Origin: a virus | Virus record (IMG/VR): IMGVR_UViG_3300035670_000060 | Span: 32,001 to 96,000 of that record | Strand: one strand, 5' to 3' | DNA: 64,000 nucleotides | Part shown: in pieces, positions 59,503 to 64,000 of the stretch | Position numbering within the stretch: position 1 is the stretch's first letter | How the letters are laid out: every line of letters begins with the position of its first letter | The notes under the pieces: model-generated | Told to the model about the DNA's origin: nothing | The model's database searches: none | The model's input: only the letters and a program-made list of their open reading frames with translations | Translations under genes and position numbers: made by a program

Positions 59503-62500
59503 ATGGCTAACTATGCAGCAGCATTAGGTAAAATGGCGGCCGAAAAATCGGTAGAAACTGTCAAGGGATTTGTTAGAGGTGTTAAAGGTGCTGCTATGGC
59601 AGAAATGCCTGCGTTTGCAGCCGCATCAGGATTTGCTTCGTCGATAAGAAAGTATGCAAATCAAAAAGAATCACAAACTCAAAATCAATCTGAAGTTGTA
59701 AAAGAGCAGCGAGCGAATAATGTAATAAGTCTTGAAATGGTCAGACAACTACGATCAATGAATGCTGCTATCACAGTACAAACAAGACTTGCAGCAAATG
59801 CAGATAAACGTGCAACTGCGGCAGCACAATTTGCGGAAGAAGTTGAAAGAGAAAAAGCACTTCGTGATAAAGAGTTGGTCGATGCAATTAAGAAAATTAA
59901 TGCTGGAAATGGAATCGTTGAAAAAGGTGAAAGAGGATCTGGATTTTCTTTTGATGGTTTAAAAGATATACTTAAAGATGCATTTAAAAAATTTCTTTAT
60001 GGATATATGGGTAAGCAAGTTTTAGATAAAATACCACTTCCTGGATCTATGGGTGGATCTGGCGGTGGTCGACAACCACCGCCAGCTGGTGGTGGTCAAC
60101 AACCACCAAGAACACCTCCAGGAGGTGGACCACTTCCTGAATCTACGGGTGGATCTGGAGGTGGTCGACAACCACCAAGAACACCTCCAGGAGGTGGCGT
60201 AGCCGGAGCATTCGCTAACATTGGAAGATATGTTTTACAAGCATTAAGAGCCGTTATGGCTGCTATTACAAGCCCCGCTGGTTTAGCAATTATAGCGGGT
60301 TCTGCGATTGCATACGGCATAGCAAAAATATTGGGCAAACTTGGTGGCGGTGGTCCAGAAACAGGTCCAGAAAAAGGTGGTCCATATGACTATGGATCGG
60401 AAGGCAATGATCCCAATCAACCAACTCGACCTGCACCAAATGCTGCTGGAGGAGCTGGTTCAGGATCAAACTCAACAGGTCAATCAAGCAGCAGTCAAGG
60501 TGGAACGCCAGGTACGAGAGCCACCTCAAGCGAATTGAAATGGACAGTTCCTATAACAGGTAAATTTGTTGTAACAAGCCCCTTTGGAGTACAAAGAAAT
60601 ACAGGTACACATAAAGGCGTCGATTTAGCACCGGCTGTTAAAGGTACAGCATCAATGGCCCTTGCAGCCGCTAATGGAACTATCACCGAAGTTCGTTCAA
60701 GTGGTTCTTATGGTAATTATGTACAGATTTCTCATGGTGACGGAGTTACATCGGTTTACGCCCATTTAAACGATTTCACAAGAGGAGTTTATAAGGGCCG
60801 TAGAGTTACCGCAGGATTTCCATTAGGTAGGGTTGGAAATACTGGCAGGTCAAGAGGCATACATCTTCACTTTGAAATTGCTGTAAAAGGCAATCAACAA
60901 GATCCAGCAAATTACATACCATCACTTCGTGCAGGAAAAGAAAACGAACCAGCCATAACTGGTGCAAGTGGTGACGTTCCTGCTCCTGGTGCTAAAGCTG
61001 GTGGCGGTGGTCCAAGTGTGGGTGTTGCGCCAAACACAGCTGGAGGTACAACGCCAGCAGTCATAACACCGTCCGTATCAGCAGCAGCACAGGCTGCACA
61101 GGGTGATCCTAATCTTGAAAGAAAACAAGATCAATTATTGAAAGATAGGGATCTGATTCGTGCAGCAGAAAATAAAATGTCGTATGGTACAGAAATAAAA
61201 GCAAAAGAATCAACTGTACCAAAAGATATAGAAGGAATAAGAAAAAATACTGGTACCACAAATACAGTTCTGAATCAAATAAAAAAAGATCAGAAGTTTT
61301 CTGCGCTTAAATTAGATGGAATTGATAAAAATTTAAAACCTATTCCTGGTTCTGGAATGGGCACTGGAATGGGCAGTCAAGCGAGAGGTCAAATAGATCC
61401 TGTCCAGAGATATTATGAAGATAAAATGAGATCTTTGAGTCAACAGTTTGAACAAACTACGAATAGACTCATTAATACGACATTGACAAAAGCATTATTC
61501 CCTGATGGTAAAATTACGGGAGTTTCGAGAGAGCAAGCAAGTCGCCCAGGATACATCGGCGATATGGTTCTAAGCAACGTAAATCTACAAAAGAAACTGA
61601 CGCCGGCAATGAATAGAGTTTTCGGCAAACAATTTGGTGGGCAGTATGCATCAATGTTATCTCAAGCAGGTGGATTATTAGCAGACAAAGCAATAAATGC
61701 ACTTGGTAGTTCTTTACCTTTCCAAAATGATGCTTTCTCATATCAGCAAATTGCAGGAAATCTTTTGACAAAAGGTAAAGAAGGTAAAGCAGCAAGAAAA
61801 ACTGGCCGTGAACAACTCATTTATGCAATGACTGGAATTCCTACTGGTGCACAATCTGGATTAGCAGCAATGCAGAGTTTTTTTTCCCAAGCCTTTTTTG
61901 GTGGTCAAACTGGTCCGATGACACCACAAAAACAAATTGGTTCTATAACAGATACTATTATGGGCAAATTTGGACTTAAAGCTGGATCTAATATGATGAG
62001 CAGTAATAGTCTTCTTGGTGGTATGATGAATATGATTCCTGGTAGAAAAGTTCCGCAGTCCCGTGACGGTTCAATTCCTGTAAAAGTTACAAATTTAACA
62101 GGCAGTGGCAGTTGGTCTGAAAAATTAGATGAAACACTTGGTGACGGATTTGGTGATTTTTCTAAAAAAGCTGAAGAGACTGTTGGCGGATTCTCAGGAA
62201 TTGCTAAAACAGGCCTTGAAGGAATGTTTAACGGTATTAAAACTTTTGGTAGTGCAGTAGGTTCGACTATGCAGAATCTCTTCGGCGGCGTAGGAAAAAC
62301 AATGTCGGGACTTTTTGATGGAATGGAAACAAAAAATGATGGTTTCATTGGATCATTGGTTAAATCTACGGGCAATTTTATGTCAGGTCTTGGATCATTA
62401 TTCAGTACAGGTTTGAGTGCATTGTTAAAAGGTTTGATAAGTATATTAAGTGGTTTAGGTGGTGGCAGAGGTGGTGGTGGTGGATTCTTTGATAATATCA

Positions 62501-63570
62501 TGAACATGTTTACAGGAGGAAACACCGGCAGTGGCGGTATCTTTGAAACTGTCGTTAATATGTTTCGTGGCAATAGCCCGGGTGCTGGTGGTAGTGTAGC
62601 TGGCAGTATACTAAGTACGGGTTTAAATGCTATAACTGGAGGTGGATTTGGTGCCCATGCGGGTGCTTTGGCTGGAGGTCTTGATTTTCCTGTACCTGGA
62701 ATGGATATGGCAGGCGCACTGGCACCAGGTGGATTTGGTGGTGTCGTGTCAAGTTTAGGATCTTATTTAACATCAAGTGGTATGTCAACACTGGGCAGTC
62801 TAGCATCTAGTCTTGGTGGTGGCATAAGTGCAGTATCGGGTGCAATCAGTGGTGCTATGAGTGGTGTCGGTAGCGCACTTGCAAGTGCATTTCCTGGAAT
62901 TGCAAGTGCAGTGGGTCCGCTAGCGGCTATACCTGGCATTGGTCCTATTCTTGCAATCGCAGCATCATTTGCTAAACCACATACTGTCGTAGGTAAAATT
63001 GTTGGCGGTATTGGTAAAGCTGTTAGTAAAGTTACTAGTGGTGTTAAAAAAGTATTTAAAAAAATATTTTCCGACGAACGTCTAAAAAAGAATATAAAAC
63101 CTATAGCTGAACTTCCTAATGGTCTTACACTTTATGAATACGAATGGAAAGATAGTATACAATCCGTATTGGGTGATGCAAAACAAACAGGATTTATAGC
63201 GCAAGAGGTTCAAAAAGTTTTTCCTGATGTGGTTTCGCAATCGAAAAGCGGATTTAAGATGATTGATATTGAGAAGTTGCATAACAATATGGTTTCAACT
63301 ACACCGACATTAGATATAACACCTAATGCGTCTTCAACTTCATCTGTATATGGTCAAGTTCAAAGTCAGGCAAATGCACTGCGAGGCACAACAGTTAGCA
63401 GTAGCATGATGAGTTCGCAATCTGGTGCACAACCAAATGCTACAGTAGTTACAAATAGTGGAAATGATAACAGTTCACAAACAACAGTTGTAAATCAAGT
63501 TGTTGATAACGACTTTGTTCGATATGGCGCATTTAGAACTTCAGAAATGGGTAGACTTTCTTTTGGATAA
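59503..63570 (+). CDS. Tape-measure/gp29-like protein with M23 peptidase and S74-like domain
   Basis: Helical and Gly-rich 1355 aa after gp26/gp51; M23 motifs HKGVD, YGNYV, YAHL, HLHFE; SDERLKKNI...GFIAQEV. Confidence 0.7.
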   Translation: MANYAAALGKMAAEKSVETVKGFVRGVKGAAMAEMPAFAAASGFASSIRKYANQKESQTQNQSEVVKEQRANNVISLEMVRQLRSMNAAITVQTRLAANADKRATAAAQFAEEVEREKALRDKELVDAIKKINAGNGIVEKGERGSGFSFDGLKDILKDAFKKFLYGYMGKQVLDKIPLPGSMGGSGGGRQPPPAGGGQQPPRTPPGGGPLPESTGGSGGGRQPPRTPPGGGVAGAFANIGRYVLQALRAVMAAITSPAGLAIIAGSAIAYGIAKILGKLGGGGPETGPEKGGPYDYGSEGNDPNQPTRPAPNAAGGAGSGSNSTGQSSSSQGGTPGTRATSSELKWTVPITGKFVVTSPFGVQRNTGTHKGVDLAPAVKGTASMALAAANGTITEVRSSGSYGNYVQISHGDGVTSVYAHLNDFTRGVYKGRRVTAGFPLGRVGNTGRSRGIHLHFEIAVKGNQQDPANYIPSLRAGKENEPAITGASGDVPAPGAKAGGGGPSVGVAPNTAGGTTPAVITPSVSAAAQAAQGDPNLERKQDQLLKDRDLIRAAENKMSYGTEIKAKESTVPKDIEGIRKNTGTTNTVLNQIKKDQKFSALKLDGIDKNLKPIPGSGMGTGMGSQARGQIDPVQRYYEDKMRSLSQQFEQTTNRLINTTLTKALFPDGKITGVSREQASRPGYIGDMVLSNVNLQKKLTPAMNRVFGKQFGGQYASMLSQAGGLLADKAINALGSSLPFQNDAFSYQQIAGNLLTKGKEGKAARKTGREQLIYAMTGIPTGAQSGLAAMQSFFSQAFFGGQTGPMTPQKQIGSITDTIMGKFGLKAGSNMMSSNSLLGGMMNMIPGRKVPQSRDGSIPVKVTNLTGSGSWSEKLDETLGDGFGDFSKKAEETVGGFSGIAKTGLEGMFNGIKTFGSAVGSTMQNLFGGVGKTMSGLFDGMETKNDGFIGSLVKSTGNFMSGLGSLFSTGLSALLKGLISILSGLGGGRGGGGGFFDNIMNMFTGGNTGSGGIFETVVNMFRGNSPGAGGSVAGSILSTGLNAITGGGFGAHAGALAGGLDFPVPGMDMAGALAPGGFGGVVSSLGSYLTSSGMSTLGSLASSLGGGISAVSGAISGAMSGVGSALASAFPGIASAVGPLAAIPGIGPILAIAASFAKPHTVVGKIVGGIGKAVSKVTSGVKKVFKKIFSDERLKKNIKPIAELPNGLTLYEYEWKDSIQSVLGDAKQTGFIAQEVQKVFPDVVSQSKSGFKMIDIEKLHNNMVSTTPTLDITPNASSTSSVYGQVQSQANALRGTTVSSSMMSSQSGAQPNATVVTNSGNDNSSQTTVVNQVVDNDFVRYGAFRTSEMGRLSFG

Positions 63571-63594
63571 AAAAAGGTGGCATTTCTGCCACCT
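63570..63594 (-). terminator. Intrinsic terminator for gp32 at a convergent junction
   Basis: Stem AGGTGGCA/TGCCACCT with 4-nt loop, followed by a T-run on the minus strand. Confidence 0.8.
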
Positions 63595-63635
63595 AAAAAT
63601 CAACCAAGGAGAAACTAAATCAAATCAACCATCAA

Positions 63636-64000
63636 TCAATCCTCTTCTGCTAACTTTTCAAAATAACTCAAGTCTTCATCATCACCATCGTCAGCAGCAG
63701 TCTTTGTAACAGGTGCAACCTTTTGTTGTGCAACTCTTTCAACAGCTGGAGATCCACCAGTAATTGCACCAACAGCACTAGCAATTCCTAGAACAACATT
63801 CAAACGCTCTTTAATTTGGTCATAAGACTTAAAGTTAGTCTTATCCAAGAATTCTGCAAGTTTATATTCAGACTTCCAAATACGTTCTAAATCATCGTCA
63901 TCTTTAGACAATGGGCTTGGCTTATCAAATTCTGATTTGTCATAGTTTTGATAACCTTCAACTTTGCGAATCTTCAGTTTGAAGTTAGCACCTTCCCACA
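63636..64000 (-). CDS. gp32: Single-stranded DNA-binding protein, C-terminal part (5' end outside window)
   Basis: WEGANFKLKIRKVEGYQNYDKSEF, FKSYDQIKERL, acidic tail DDEDLSYFEKLAEED. Confidence 0.95.
   Translation of the reverse strand, partial: WEGANFKLKIRKVEGYQNYDKSEFDKPSPLSKDDDDLERIWKSEYKLAEFLDKTNFKSYDQIKERLNVVLGIASAVGAITGGSPAVERVAQQKVAPVTKTAADDGDDEDLSYFEKLAEED

Noticed and set aside
57984-63282. Antisense ORFs over gp26 and the tape-measure-like gene (e.g. 61905..62573)
   Set aside because: Shadows of well-supported plus-strand genes with no recognisable motifs
1-64000. Stop-codon reassignment as an explanation for the Cys richness
   Set aside because: Core genes translate full length in the standard code, and the Cys codons are ordinary TGT/TGC
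1-64000. tRNA, rRNA or integrase/transposase genes
   Set aside because: Intergenic gaps are nearly all under 100 bp and none shows such structure; no recombinase motifs among the ORFs

Overview
This window is the late (virion morphogenesis) region of a large, AT-rich T4-like myophage, apparently an environmental one. The minus strand runs gp48, gp53, gp27-like hub, a Zeta-like kinase, gp5, PAAR, gp25, gp6, gp7, gp8, a 2070-aa DUF4815/VrlC-like protein and two giant Cys-rich fibres. It continues through a glycosyltransferase/sulfotransferase/APS-kinase cluster, gp13-gp18, two tandem gp19 tail tubes and the gp20 portal, then a second >13 kb fibre cluster. The plus strand carries gp4, gp2, a gp54/gp19-like gene, gp26, gp51, a holin-like gene and a tape-measure-like protein with M23 and S74-like domains. 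The 3' end of gp32 closes the window, and T4-type TATAAATA late promoters precede several operons. Main candidate novelty: a self-contained cluster (three glycosyltransferases, a sulfotransferase and an APS-kinase/HxGH-nucleotidyltransferase fusion) directly downstream of fibres built from roughly 240 NTTG repeats, suggesting phage-encoded sulfated-glycan decoration of the virion. Also notable: a 101-bp exact copy of gp14 coding sequence inside a gp7 repeat, mosaic exchange among fibre paralogs, and an S74-like chaperone inside the tape-measure-like protein. All calls come from motif recognition and synteny; no database search was run.
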